A DNA stretch of 64,000 nt from Octopus bimaculoides (Eukaryota), in contig NC_068995.1 in NCBI RefSeq assembly GCF_001194135.2, positions 33,130,014-33,194,013 on the forward strand. The letters are read 5' to 3'. Positions 1-11,992 of the stretch are shown here, piece by piece; position 1 is the first letter of the stretch, and each line of letters begins with the position of its first letter. The notes under the pieces are model-generated. The model worked only from the letters and a program-made list of their open reading frames with translations, did not search any database and was not told where the DNA came from. The position numbers were made by a program, and so were the translations under genes.

Positions 1-342
1 CTAGAGATATTGTAGCGACGTTTTGTTACCAGCTAATAATTAATTTTTCTCCATCTTATTGTTTCATAAACGTAAAAAGTATATATGTATAGATAGTTGG
101 TGAGTTTGTGTGTATGTATATATTTTTAGAGGTTAGCTATTAATTATTTTTTATCATTTACGATACAACAGAAATTAGTGTATATCCATGAAGGAGAGGC
201 AAAACAGAATCCATGCACAAAATGGTTAGCAGTGCTAACGTGTTAGCTGGAAATGTTTAACTGAACAACAATAGACAGAAGGGAGATCACTACATGGGAA
301 GAAGGAGAGAGAAAGGGGGGAGTTCTAGTTGCAAAAGTCACA

Positions 343-436
343 TTGGGCATGACAGTGGTAACGGTAAGCGTTAGGAGAACAGGAAGAGGACGGAACTGTG
401 ACGTGGTGGCAATAGCGGAGGTGTTGATGATGGTGA

Positions 437-472
<36 letters not shown>

Positions 473-477
473 TAGTG

Positions 478-513
<36 letters not shown>

Positions 514-850
514 GTAAAGTTGAGAGAAACAAAAAGCGTTGTGTGGTGGTGGGAGTAAATGGAAAGAGTAATAGTGATAGGAGGACAAGTGATGATCGTA
601 GTGGTCAAAGAAAAATATTTATCATGCCGTGTGTTGATGAGGATAATCTCTCAGTGTTGTGGTGTGATAAAGGTGGTGGTGGTGATAGTTGCATTGTGTG
701 ATGAGGGTTGTGATGGTGATAGTTACTGAGTGTGGAAACTTGATGGTGGTGGTTGCGTCGGTAGTAATCCTACGGGTGATAAACGTGGACATAGGCACAT
801 AGTTTGGTGGTGGTTACAATGATTGTAGATGATGGAGGATTAAGTGTGAT
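343..850. repeat. (GTA)n/(GTG)n/(GAT)n trinucleotide-rich low-complexity tract
   Basis: Pure GTA/GTG runs at ~430-515 with degenerate GGT/GAT repeats on either side. Explains the poly-T/V/Y ORFs. Confidence 0.9.
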
Positions 851-1471
851 GGAAATAGGGATATTATAAATAGTAGTTGCCGACAAGCGAGCATCGTGGC
901 TGTAAGGAGTGGACAGAGTTACGTGTTAGAAAGTGGTGGTAGTGTATTCAGATAAACATACTAGTCGGAGTCGTAGTTGCTATGAAATACGACACGAAGG
1001 AAAAATATGCATTCTTTCGTTACTGTCAGCAAAGTTGTCATAAAATTATTGGAGTTATTGGCTAGAGAATAACTGCAAAACCTTTACACATTCCCATTAG
1101 ATTTACAGAAGAAAAAAATATAGATTTACTTTAGCCTCAGCTACTTTGGTTTTTATAAACCCATTAACTTTATATCTAATAAAATTCACTTACCTAGTAT
1201 AATATATATATTTGCACGTACACTCAAGCACATACATATACACACATCCATGTACATTTATAACCCACATATACACACATGCATACATAGATACAAGCAT
1301 ACGTACAGACATGTATTCATGCAGGCATGCATACATATATGTATAGATATAGTGTTACGTATAAAATAAATGTAAAATGTTTAGTACTGATAGGGAAAAG
1401 TATTCAGTACCAATTTAGAACGCTTGGTGAAAACTCCCGAGTAACAGGCAAGTGGACTGGCCCAATTAAAC

Positions 1472-1514
<43 letters not shown>

Positions 1515-1519
1515 TAAAC

Positions 1520-1556
<37 letters not shown>

Positions 1557-2242
1557 CTTATANNNNNNNNNNNNNNNNNNNNNNNNNNNNNNNNNNNNNN
1601 NNNNNNNNNNNNNNNNNNNNNNNNNNNNNNNNNNNNNNNNNNNNNNNNNNNNNNNNNNNNNNNNNNNNNNNNNNNNNNNNNNNNNNNNNNNNNNNNNNNN
1701 NNNNNNNNNNNNNNNNNNNNNNNNNNNNNNNNNNNNNNNNNNNNNNNNNNNNNNNNNNNNNNNNNNNNNNNNNNNNNNNNNNNNNNNNNNNNNNNNNNNN
1801 NNNNNNNNNNNNNNNNNNNNNNNNNNNNNNNNNNNNNNNNNNNNNNNNNNNNNNNNNNNNNNNNNNNNNNNNNNNNNNNNNNNNNNNNNNNNNNNNNNNN
1901 NNNNNNNNNNNNNNNNNNNNNNNNNNNNNNNNNNNNNNNNNNNNNNNNNNNNNNNNNNNNNNNNNNNNNNNNNNNNNNNNNNNNNNNNNNNNNNNNNNNN
2001 NNNNNNNNNNNNNNNNNNNNNNNNNNNNNNNNNNNNNNNNNNNNNNNNNNNNNNNNNNNNNNNNNNNNNNNNNNNNNNNNNNNNNNNNNNNNNNNNNNNN
2101 NNNNNNNNNNNNNNNNNNNNNNNNNNNNNNNNNNNNNNNNNNNNNNNNNNNNNNNNNNNNNNNNNNNNNNNNNNNNNNNNNNNNNNNNNNNNNNNNNNNN
2201 NNNNNNNNNNNNNNNNNNNNNNNGCCCCCCCCCCCTCCTCTC

Positions 2243-2390
2243 TCCATATTTTGAAGAGGTCATAGGTCAACAGATTTTGGGGGTCTGACGATACGCCATA
2301 AAGCTAAACCGTTTATCGACGGGAAATCCACGGCAATCCCATAAGCCGGCTTTCCCCATTAAAATATATACTGCTCTACACTTTAGAGTG
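2243..2390. mobile_element. Diverged partial copy of the right arm of the 2735-2999 fold-back element (left part lost in the N gap)
   Basis: caacagattttgggggtctgacgatacgccataaagctaa...aaaatatatactgctcta aligns by eye with 2880-3015. Confidence 0.7.
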
Positions 2391-2654
2391 TACTTCTCCG
2401 GATTTATGTTTTATACAAACGATATATATATATATATATAAAGGTATTATCCGTGTTTGTGTGTATGTATAATTTTTATTATGACTTCGAAGTTTCATCG
2501 TCTGACGAAGCCTACCACTTGCGAAATTTCATTTCACAATTAATAAAAGTATTAGAAATATGATATTCTACACTTGTAGTGATCCCTTTTGCAGTTAATG
2601 CTCAGTTTTTTATATTTATAGAAACATTTTAAAGCTGTTTATACGAGTATGCAT

Positions 2655-3299
2655 ATAGGCGCAGGCGTGGCTGTGTGGTAAGAAGTTTTGTTTTCCAACA
2701 ACTAGTTCGTCGTGGAAATATATATATATATATATTAAAGTTAGAATAGGCCGGTATATGGGATTACCTTAGGTTTCACGCCCATAGAGGGCTTAGCTTT
2801 ATGACGTATTATCAGATCCCAAAGCCTGTTAACTGAAGGCCTCTCTATAATATGGAATATGTTACAGTATATCTATCCATATATTCTAGGGAGGCCTTCA
2901 AACAACAGGTTTTGGGATCTGATGATACGCCATAAAGCTAAGCCCTTTATGGACGTGAAACCTTAGCTAATCCCTTAAACCAGCCTTATCTAACTTTAAT
3001 ATATACTGCTCTATAACTTATTCTGTGTGCTTCTTTTTTCCGATATATATATCCGTGTATGTATAACGTATGTGGGTGTGGGTGTCTGTATTAGTCACCC
3101 ACCACCGCTTGATAACCAGTATTGACGTGTTTACGTCCATGTAACTAGCGGTTCGGCAAAAGAAACTGATAGAATAAGTACTAGGCTTTAAAAATATTAA
3201 GTACTGGGGTCGATTCGTTCGACTTAAATTCTTCAAGAAATTCTTCGACTTAAGTTCTTCAAGACAGGCCACAGTCTAATGACTGAAACAAGAAAAGCG

Positions 3300-3300
<1 letters not shown>
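2655..3300 (+). mobile_element. tRNA-derived SINE (type A, Meta-domain-like) interrupted by a fold-back MITE
   Basis: Head ggcgcaggcgtggctgtgtggtaagaag at 2657 and tail ...gatagaataagtactaggc...atgactgaaacaag at 3070-3295 match the full copy at 20526-20970. Confidence 0.75.
2735..2999. mobile_element. ~265-bp fold-back (MITE-like) element in a TA microsatellite
   Basis: 2735-2843 is the reverse complement of 2891-2999 (roughly 85% by eye). Pairing continues to a short central loop, and TA runs flank both ends. Confidence 0.85.
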
Positions 3301-3378
<78 letters not shown>

Positions 3379-3379
3379 T

Positions 3380-3510
3380 ACATACATAGACGACAGGCTT
3401 CTTTCAGCTTTTATCTACCAAATCCACTCGCAAGGTTTTGGTCAGCCCGAGGCTATAGTAGTGTCAAGCAGTGAGACTGAACCCGAAACCATGTGGTTCA
3501 GAAGTAAGCT

Positions 3511-3511
<1 letters not shown>
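3380..3511 (-). mobile_element. SINE type A head/body fragment
   Basis: Reverse complement of ...gggttcagtc...ctactatagcctcgggctgaccaaa...gtagataaaagctgaaagaagcc, with an internal deletion. Confidence 0.8.
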
Positions 3512-3558
<47 letters not shown>

Positions 3559-4153
3559 CGTGCATGTATATGCGTTCATGTATATGTATGTATGTACGTA
3601 TGCATGTATGTTCTTCTCCTTCCCTTCTTAATTTAGAGTAAATTTTGACCGGCCACCTACTTGGTAGCAAGGTTGTGAAGGAAAGTATCTTGTTTTTAAC
3701 CATCATCCTTTAAATCTTAAGAAGTTCTTGCAGATTTTTATAGTTCCAGATATCGTGATCATCTGTAGCTTATGAATTAAGGATTGGCATTCTCTCTCCA
3801 AGATTCCGAGTTCAGCCAGTCTTTGCTTCTATGGGTTGCTATGTATGCTATTGCTCCAATGATAATGGGTATGAAGCTGAAAGTGTATCTTGGGTACTGG
3901 ATTTGTAAACTCCTTATCAATGGTCCATAAATGTCATCTTTATCTTGTATGTATGTATGTGCGCGCGCGTGTGTGTGTATTTATGTATGTATGCATGTAT
4001 ATATGCATGATTGCATACACCTAGGCAAAAACAAAATGAGCCCTGGCTGTAGCTAAGCTGTTTTCTAGAAATTGTCATTTTTCTTGAACTAACATTTTTC
4101 CAAAGGACTTTTCTTTTTTTTCAAGTTTGAGAGAAAATAAATTATCTTAATTA

Positions 4154-4725
4154 CAGTTGTGTTAGGTCACCAAAGAAACTAGCTACTATCTTGAAAAAAT
4201 GTGAAGAAATGAATTGCAGGAATGAGATAGACTATATATTATAAACAAATTTTTGCCATCTTGAAAAGGGGAAAATGTTCAAACGTCCTTATCGACTGTC
4301 AAACCTATTTGCCTGCGTTTCGAACAGTCAAGTTCTGTCGCAAGAAAATTGGGACCTGGTCGTCCAAAAGCTTCAACAAAAAGAGAACGTCAGACTGATA
4401 TGTTCTGCCCTGCGAGACAAGAAGGTAACCTTGACCACTATGAGCAAAGAATTCAAAACTAGTGATGGAACGACTTTCTCCTGTAAGACCATAACGAGAA
4501 GGCTGAAGGAATATCTTCAAAAAGATGTGCAAGGAAGCCTTCTCTCTTGAAGAAGGTCAAGGATAGATTGCGATTTGCAGTTGAATACAGAAACTTTGAG
4601 ACAGAATGGTTTGGACTGTTTAGCATGAATGTGATGGGATCATGATGTGGGAAGTATTCTTATCTGCGAGCTTATTTAATGCAAAAAGGCTTTCAATGTT
4701 AAGGAGTACATCAATCTTCTTGAGA
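4154..4725 (+). mobile_element. Decayed Tc1-like transposon
   Basis: TA+CAGT start. The ORF encodes ENVRLICSALRDKKVTLTTMSKEF...SCKTITRRLKE (Tc1 HTH-like), and a shifted frame gives LLSLKKVKDRLRFAVEYRN, resembling Tc1 PLLS..RL.FA. Confidence 0.75.
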
Positions 4726-4730
4726 GATAA

Positions 4731-4922
4731 AGCGGCGAGCTGCCAGAATCGTTAACATACTCGGGGAAAATGCTTAGCGACATTTCGTCTTTACGCTCTG
4801 TGTTCAAATTTGCCTTTCATCCTTAAGGGGTCGATGAAATAAGTACCATTTAAGCGCTGGGGTCAATGTTATTGACTTACTCCCTCTCCCGAACTTGCTG
4901 GCCTTGTACCAAAATTTGAAAC
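4731..4922 (+). mobile_element. tRNA-derived SINE (type B, Deu/Nin-domain-like)
   Basis: gcggcgagctgccagaatcgtta...gttcaaatttgcctttcatccttaaggggtcgatgaaataagtacc...ccaaaatttgaaac. The same family recurs many times in the window. Confidence 0.85.
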
Positions 4923-4951
4923 TAACAGATACCTTTGGTGGAGCTATTCCA

Positions 4952-5595
4952 GGATCTATTTCAAAACGGGGGCACCAGTATTTTCTTAACGAAACACTAA
5001 CGAAACACTTTGAAACTTGGGACACTGGTAGAATGTGTCATATAAAACATCTTTTACTCTTAGTCTTCTTAACAAAAAAAATGTACATCGCAAGTTATTC
5101 CATGTTAAAGTTGTCGTATTTCTGTAATTTCAACCAATCACTGACGTCTATTCAGCTGAATAGAGTTACTGCTGGGCGGTCATTAAAATGTTATTCCCTG
5201 TGACATATTTCATCCGGTTTAATCGTAATTTATACGCATATATTGTTTATATAATAAATTACGCTGTGCGTATCTATGTGTGTAACAATTTTAGAGTTCG
5301 GATTCTAGAGTTAGGGTTAGGGTTAGGGTTAACAGTCTAGTTAGGGTTAGGGTTAGGGGATTAATACGATATACACCGTTACAGCGCTAACTGTTTTCAA
5401 CTGAATAGACGTCAGTGATTAGTAGAAATTATGGAAATAAGACAATTTTTTACATGAAATAAATTCGAATACAAAAATTTTTTTCTGTTCTATAACACAA
5501 AATAGATAAGTATACGAAGTTTGAAAGTCTTTCGGTACCAAAAATACTACATAAAACATAAATGAAAACTGGTGCCCCCGTTTTGAAATAGATCC
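4952..5595. mobile_element. Merlin-type MITE with 28-bp TIRs and a perfect 8-bp TSD, carrying (TTAGGG)n
   Basis: TIR GGATCTATTTCAAAACGGGGGCACCAGT at 4952-4979, inverted at 5568-5595. TSD CTATTCCA at 4944-4951 and 5596-5603. GG ends with an 8-9-bp TSD fit Merlin. Confidence 0.9.
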
Positions 5596-6125
5596 CTATT
5601 CCATATTAATAAGAAATAAAGAACTACAGATTCATGTTCATAAAAAAACATTTTGATCTTTCTATTTATTTCTTTTGTTCAATTATCTTGAATAAAACTA
5701 TAAATATTACTCAGGCTCATTTTATTTCTTTTCTTTTTTTACCCCGGAGTGTAAATATATTTGAGATAGGCAGAACATTAGCGGCAACCTTCTTCAAATG
5801 GCGATGAAAAACCTCGGTCAAGGACAGTTGACATGAGCTTTCGTACATTCGATACCTCGTTAAGACTGCAATTCAAATTTTACGCGTAATTCCTACCACG
5901 TGAAGTACTTCTGAACATTCTTTTACCTTCAGAAGATTGAATAGTTACATCGTTATAAGTAAGATCATGTGAATAATTTTCTTTTGATTTGTACAGAATG
6001 GGCGTACACAAATGCAGTTCTACGTGAAGATGTTGCAAGGTTATCAGAATATTCAGCTTTAAGAGGAATGAGATATCTCTTCTGGTCTGAGCTGCTCCTG
6101 TTGGATCTCCTTCCCTGATTTCACA

Positions 6126-6132
6126 ATGATGG
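6126..6132 (+). CDS. Candidate first coding exon (ATG ATG G) of an unidentified spliced host gene
   Basis: ATG with A at -3, then donor GTAAGT at 6133. Phase 1 matches the 7501 exon, giving MMVFPW... Confidence 0.35.
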
Positions 6133-6495
6133 GTAAGTATCAAAAATGTCACAAAACATTGTCATTTTGGTAATATTTTCTTCTACCAGCACTTACGATA
6201 TAGCTTTACATTATCTAGTTTAATCAACTTGTTCTGTGATTTTTGGGGGGTTTTCCAGACAGTTTGAAGAATTTTCAAGCGAACAACTCAGCTTCACTCC
6301 CGAAAAATTTTGCCTACACATCTATGTCTTCTATTGTCATTTAATGCTTTTCTTGTGTCTTTTGGCTTTTTTCTTCTTTGTAAGCAATCAAGCCGCTTAG
6401 ATCATACGTTGAATATATAGAGGTCGCCATAAACCCGACTTATTATTATCGCACCCCGCCTCCTGGAGAGCCACCTTCTTAATAAACAAAAATAG

Positions 6496-6749
6496 GGTAA
6501 TCTTCAAGTTTAGGGGGATAAAAAAAATAAATAAAAATATTCAAGGAAAGTAACTGAACGTCTTACCAGTATTCTCCGTACATCTCTGTTTATAAATAAA
6601 TCACACACGTGATTTGATTGACGTTAGGGTTAGGATGTGATTTATTTATAAACAGCTAGAAGAAAACGGATAATACTGGTAAGTCGTTCAGTTATTTCCC
6701 TTGAATATTTTTATTTATTTTTTTTATCCCCCTAAACTTGAAGATTACC
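6496..6749. mobile_element. Fold-back MITE, probably Merlin-type, with central TTAGGGTTAGG
   Basis: Arms begin GGTAATCTTCAAGTTTAGGGGGAT and are near-perfectly inverted over ~100 bp. 9-bp TSD CAAAAATAG/CAAAAATGG (8/9). Confidence 0.85.
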
Positions 6750-7199
6750 CAAAAATGGCTACTTTTTATAGCTGAATTAAGCTTAAGATTTTCTGAGATG
6801 GAAAAATAAGATTATCTTATTGCTAAATATTTGACTTCGGTTTGACTATCTATCTAAAAGGAGAAAGTTCTAGACCAACTTGTTGAACGATTACCGATCA
6901 TTACCATCAACAACTGCGAGCTGGAGATAGCCCATGAGTTCACATGTGTTCTTCATGAAGTAGAGCACTTTTAATGTGAATTCATTTGTATTTATTTTCT
7001 GAGATATTGTGAGTATGCATACATTACACTTTATGTTTATTCCACTTCTACTCCGTTTCTTTTACACGAAATACATGACATTGGGCTACTATAAATTAAA
7101 TGCTTATGATTTTCGACTATTCTTCTTCAACTGTTGATTGTATATGTAACACGATAAACTATGACATCTGGAGTAAAATATGATTATTCTGTAAAGGAG

Positions 7200-7345
7200 G
7201 GTATAACTGTAGATTTTAACCAAGACTATCTTTTCTGTAGAAAAGTGTAGGCTCGAAACGTTAAAGACTTCTTCCATTTTTCTTGGACTTAAACCCAATA
7301 AACCCTGTTTGTTGTTCTTTCACTTCGTCTTTAAGTTTTTCTTAT
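7200..7345 (+). mobile_element. Penelope-type terminal repeat fragment with a degenerate HHR-like motif
   Basis: tttt-CTGTAGA-aaagtgtaggctc-GAAACGTT-aaag. GAAAC-GT-T and three bp of stem I are present, but the core has A6U and stem II is broken. Confidence 0.5.
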
Positions 7346-7500
7346 TTTGGACTATATGTAATAGGCAGATATCAATATCATGTTTTTATAAACAACATTT
7401 TGTGAGCAGAAAAAGAAGGATAAACGAACAAGTTTCATTCCTATTTTGAGATTTCTTCAACAAGTGTTGAAGCTCTCAGTAATAATAGACTTCTAATCAG

Positions 7501-7655
7501 TGTTTCCATGGATAGTTGATGACGGTACTCGGTCGCTAAAATCCCAAAGCGGAATTAAAATTAGTCCTATAGATTCCTCGTTTTCTGTTCACGAAGTTAT
7601 CGAATTTAAAGACAGTTATTTGTCTAATACTTACAGTGTTGGTGAAAATATTAAG
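7501..7655 (+). CDS. Candidate coding exon of an unidentified host gene
   Basis: CAG acceptor at 7498-7500, open frame FPWIVDDGTRSLKSQSGIKISPIDSSFSVHEVIEFKDSYLSNTYSVGENIK, AAG|GTACTG donor. Non-repetitive sequence with phase 1 in and phase 0 out. Confidence 0.5.
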
Positions 7656-8459
7656 GTACTGTTAATATATTTTACATATACAGGGCAAGCTAAAAGTCAC
7701 GATGGGGTTGTAATATTCAATAATTTTTAAAAAATTAATTTTTTTTATTTTTTACAAATTTTATAAAGACTAGAGAGACGTGAATATTTCACGGAATTAA
7801 TGGTAAACCAATTGGGTTTATCCCCCCCCCCCAAAAAAACCTGACAGCATAACCTGTGTTGTGTCTGTATCAAAAGGTTGTCATTCATCTGCTACTCATT
7901 GAAGAGTGAAGGAAATTGGAATACGATGATTACTTAATGCACTTTACATATACACTTTATGCACAATTTTATAGACTTAATACACAGCACTCACAGAATA
8001 AATATTCACTCTTATTTTTCCATTTTTCCCCATTAACAAAAAAAGAAAAAATGCATTTTGAAGTTTATATGGTCACAACTTCATACCTAGAAAACAAAAA
8101 AAAATTATAGTAAAAAATATTATTGTAGACGTAAAATATAGGGGTCACAATTTCACAGGGGTAAAAATTTAATGCAACATGGCATACTCTAAAAACCTCA
8201 TCGTTGGGAACATATAAGCTAAGACGATGGGTCAGAGCCAATACACATTTCAATTTGCGTACACCTTTCAATTCACCACCACCACTTCCACCACCACAAC
8301 CCACATCATCATCATCATCATCTCTCTCTCTTTCTCTGTGCCTTTCTTTAACCTCACCATCAGGACATCACCCCTCTGTTTGAATTATATTGCTAACTCT
8401 CCTTCTCTATATCATTACCTTCAACTAATTTTTAAACTCCTAATAAATATTATGTTCCC

Positions 8460-8730
8460 CCTACCTCACGTAATGGACGCTTTTCTCTCTCTCTCCTTTT
8501 CTTTCTACCTCTTCCTGTCTTAGTCTTCACCTTATCATCTTTTTCACTCTCCCTTTTCTTTCTCTCTCTTGTTCTCTCTTTCCCTTCAACTAATCACATG
8601 AAAGCGTTACAACTACGTTCGCTCCAGCTCACGTCATGGACGCTTCTCTCTGTCTCTTTTACTGTCTCCGTCTTTTCTCTCCCTATTTTTCTTTCGCTCT
8701 TCGCCTTTCCCTTCAACTAATCACGTGAAA
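8460..8730. repeat. Two imperfect ~150-bp tandem units with CT-rich cores
   Basis: ctcacgt(a/c)atggacgctt...cccttcaactaatcac(a/g)tgaaag occurs twice. Confidence 0.75.
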
Positions 8731-8795
8731 GTGTTACGGACGGGCTAAGTAGCGTATGAACAAGCAGAATTATTATATGACCATAGAGATTAACC

Positions 8796-9179
8796 ATGGA
8801 AAAGTTCCCGACTGAACAGCGAACACAAATTGTGAAATTTTACTATCAAAACCAAGGATCGATAAATTCTAACTCAACGAGCATCTCGTCGCCATCACGG
8901 AGTGGGGGATTCTCCAAGCAAATCATTGATTAGACGTTTGATTTGTCATTTTGAGGGTCAGGGCTCCGTAAGCGACCTTCCACGAACTGCAGAGCCTACT
9001 CTGTTAGGAATGAAGCTGCAATAAGGCGTATAAGGGAGAGTGTCGAAGAAAACCACTTCAACAGCTTAAGAACAATATTCGGGCCGAAATCAAAGCGCTG
9101 GAACCTGAAACATTAAAGGCTGTCTTTGTTCGAAGCAGAAAATGAACGCCATTTACGAGATGTGATTTTTCATACGTAG
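8796..9179 (+). mobile_element. Internally deleted Tc1/mariner transposase remnant (DUF4817-like N-terminus)
   Basis: MEKFPTEQRTQIVKFYYQNQGSI/ILTQRASRRHHGVGDSPSKSLIRRLICHFEGQGSVSDLPR, then a jump to the C-terminus EAENERHLRDVIFHT*. Confidence 0.75.
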
Positions 9180-9315
9180 TGCAAATTTATTTTCTATATG
9201 AATTGTATATGATACTATGGTATTGTAAATCTAAAACAAAAAAATAAAGGAGTTATTAAACATTCAAAACCCTTCGTGATTTTTGGCTCATTCTGTAAGA
9301 TACGTATCTCTTTAC

Positions 9316-9356
<41 letters not shown>

Positions 9357-9422
9357 CATATATTTGTGTGTGTATGTACATAACATCCAATCACATTGTA
9401 CACACACACACACACATACATA

Positions 9423-10145
9423 CTAGCAGAGATACCCGGCTTGCTCGGGATTAAAATGGCATAGTTTATATATATTTTACAGTTATGTTGAAACAGGTGA
9501 TATGGGAAAGTGCAGCATTGACAACAAAACATTTGTGGAGTAAATGATGAACTAATTCGGCTAAGCAACATGCTATGCGTCCGTTTGGAGTATTTCAGGC
9601 CCTAACCTGTTATGGAAAATTGGTGGTGGGTCTTATGTAATTTTTGAACGCACCAAAAAACTGTCAGTGGATATATTCTCTTTCGCAGCAGTCGGCGCTA
9701 TGTCTAACACGACCCATCATCTGAAATTTTGACACCTCCTTCGGGTTTGTTGTCCTACATCACTCATAAAGTAAATTTGAAGGAACTGTGGTTGTTCATT
9801 TGTGGGTAACAGGGAACCAATGAGGTGATAGACTTGCCCTTGAACTTTGACGTTGGCGTAAATTCATGTTTAACTATCTTAGATGCAGTAAATGATGTCA
9901 TTTGAAATACAGAGTTGTATTGTCTGATATTGTTCAGAAAATCCTTTATCTGGATGGAAGTGCCTTCTAGAAGATCCATAAGAGGTTGAAAAGGAGCTGG
10001 TAGAGGTGGTTGTTGAGATAACGTAGAATATATGTAAATAAAAATATAGTTTATTTGGTAGCCAAAAAATTACTGAATATTTTGATACCCTAGTCCCTAT
10101 ACGTCAAAATGGGCAACCCAATTTTCGAATGCATAAGGAACATAC

Positions 10146-10225
<80 letters not shown>

Positions 10226-10510
10226 TTAGAACATACATATGAAACATCAGCATTTCTCTGTCACCCGCTATCCCTGTCTTTCATCTTCTATAGAAACTTG
10301 TTTTCTGTTTCTGTCTCTTGTCTCTCTGTCTTTTTCTCATTTTCTGTTTCTCCCGCTCATTCTGTAAAATTTTTTTTTTTTTTTACCCATGACATTGCAT
10401 GGACCCTGAGTAAGGCATGTGTAAAATTTGAATGAAATCGGTTGTGTAGTTCTCGAGTTTTAGGGATTCACACAGACAGACAGACACACATTCTCATCTT
10501 TATATATAAA
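9423..10510 (-). mobile_element. Non-autonomous Helitron with a Rep/helicase fragment
   Basis: The 3' end is hairpin CCCGAGCAAGCCGGG plus CTAG (9423-9426) before T. The 5' end has tatataaag...gtctgtctgt. Internal frameshifted DFLNNIRQYNSVFQMTSF/VKVQGQVYHLIGSLLPTNEQPQFLQIYF at ~9730-10005. Confidence 0.9.
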
Positions 10511-10583
10511 GGTGAGAGTGTGTGTCTGTTTGTGTGAATCGATTTCATTCAAATATATATATATATATATATANNNNNNNNNN

Positions 10584-10614
<31 letters not shown>

Positions 10615-10624
10615 CAGAGACTAC

Positions 10625-11185
10625 GAATCCGTAGCCAGTAGGAAGGGACACAGCAAGCGTTCTGACTGCACCTGCATGCTGATATTAACCCTCACTGCTT
10701 TGAACAGGGCCTGCTGTGAAGCCTACTGGATACTGTGGTCAATACCCAACTGAAGAGGGTTGCTGTTAGAAGGCCATACGTATAACAGCAGGATCTGGCC
10801 CCTTGCCATAACCTCGGGAAGAGTTAGAACTGATTGTCGGAGAATTTCTGACTCCGCCAGCTACAATTTCAGGCCTCCTAATTTCCTTAATTGTAATCCG
10901 ATGGGTTACTATATGTGGGGTGTGGTTGCAATGCTTGGCTTGCAACACCAAGGCCGAGCAGGTGACCAAAATCAAGATGTTCGAAGGTCTTCTCAGAGAC
11001 ACAGTGAAGAACGCATACGTCAGATTCCGGAGCAGACTTGAGGCCATGGTGGAAGCTGAAAACGGCTACCTTGAATAAAGTGTTATCTCCCAGTCATTAT
11101 CTAGTTAATATTTTTTTTAATACTTTTAATTTGGGATGTGAAATTGTTTTCTTTTATGCAAAGTGTCAAAGTTAGCCCGCACCCA
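10625..11185 (+). mobile_element. Decayed DD37D (maT-like) mariner remnant
   Basis: RPYV*QQDLAPCH, NFRPPNFLNCNPMGYYMWGVV and RFRSRLEAMVEAENGYLE*. Homologous to the 48998-49390 ORF. Confidence 0.8.
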
Positions 11186-11992
11186 GTATAAATCTAGCTT
11201 TACACCAGATATCTAAAAGAGACAAAATGATAAAGTACCTAACTAAATGCTTTACAATCGTTGGTTGCGGCTCCTTAGTTCCTGCAATGCATTTCCTCTG
11301 CAAAATGTTGCTTTATGCTTAAAAATCTCTCTGAAGTTAATATCGTTATGACAAATACCACTGAATAATAAATTAAGCTCCTGTTGTGTTGAGTACATAA
11401 TATAATCTTTGAAAATGAATTCACTTCAATGTAGCTAAGCTCTATAGAACAGGTTCATTATATACTTGCGAAAATTATCTGGTGATCTTTCAGTTAGGTT
11501 ATACAAAATGAAAATAAAATGAAACTACTATCTGACATAATATATGTACTTATAAAATAAAGGTACCGTATTAGTGCCATTTATCTCTTTGATTCGACAT
11601 TAGTATCCAATGTTATTGATGGAAAACCATTTCCCTTCCGTATCTATATTTTACCGAGAAAAAAAAAGAAATTATAGAAGTCAGGTTGAATACAGACAAT
11701 CGGCAGCACACACCTTCTGGATTTCAATGAAAACTCAGAAATCTAAATAATAAAAAAAAATCTCATTCTAAAAGAATTGACAAAAAATCATTTTTGTTTC
11801 AATTACATTTTATTGCCGGCCAATTTATATACGTAAGTCTAAAGATAGATTTCTAACTCTCTGGATCGAATTCCAATATACATAATGCACCTGATATAAT
11901 TTACTGAATTGATTCTTGATTTGGTAATCTTTCAGTATAGGGTGTTTAAAACATAAATGAAAATTAAAGGGGGGAAATAATTAAATTACAGT

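Noticed and set aside
1464-1562. Repeating aattaaactta(ta)n units
   Set aside because: Low-complexity sequence next to a gap; may be a collapsed or misassembled repeat. Not CRISPR-like.
2495-2535. CTGACGA...GAAA hammerhead-like motif
   Set aside because: Stem II is only 2 bp and no stem III or stem I can be formed.
5311-5358. TTAGGG repeats as a true or healed telomere
   Set aside because: Short and enclosed by TIRs and a TSD of a MITE.
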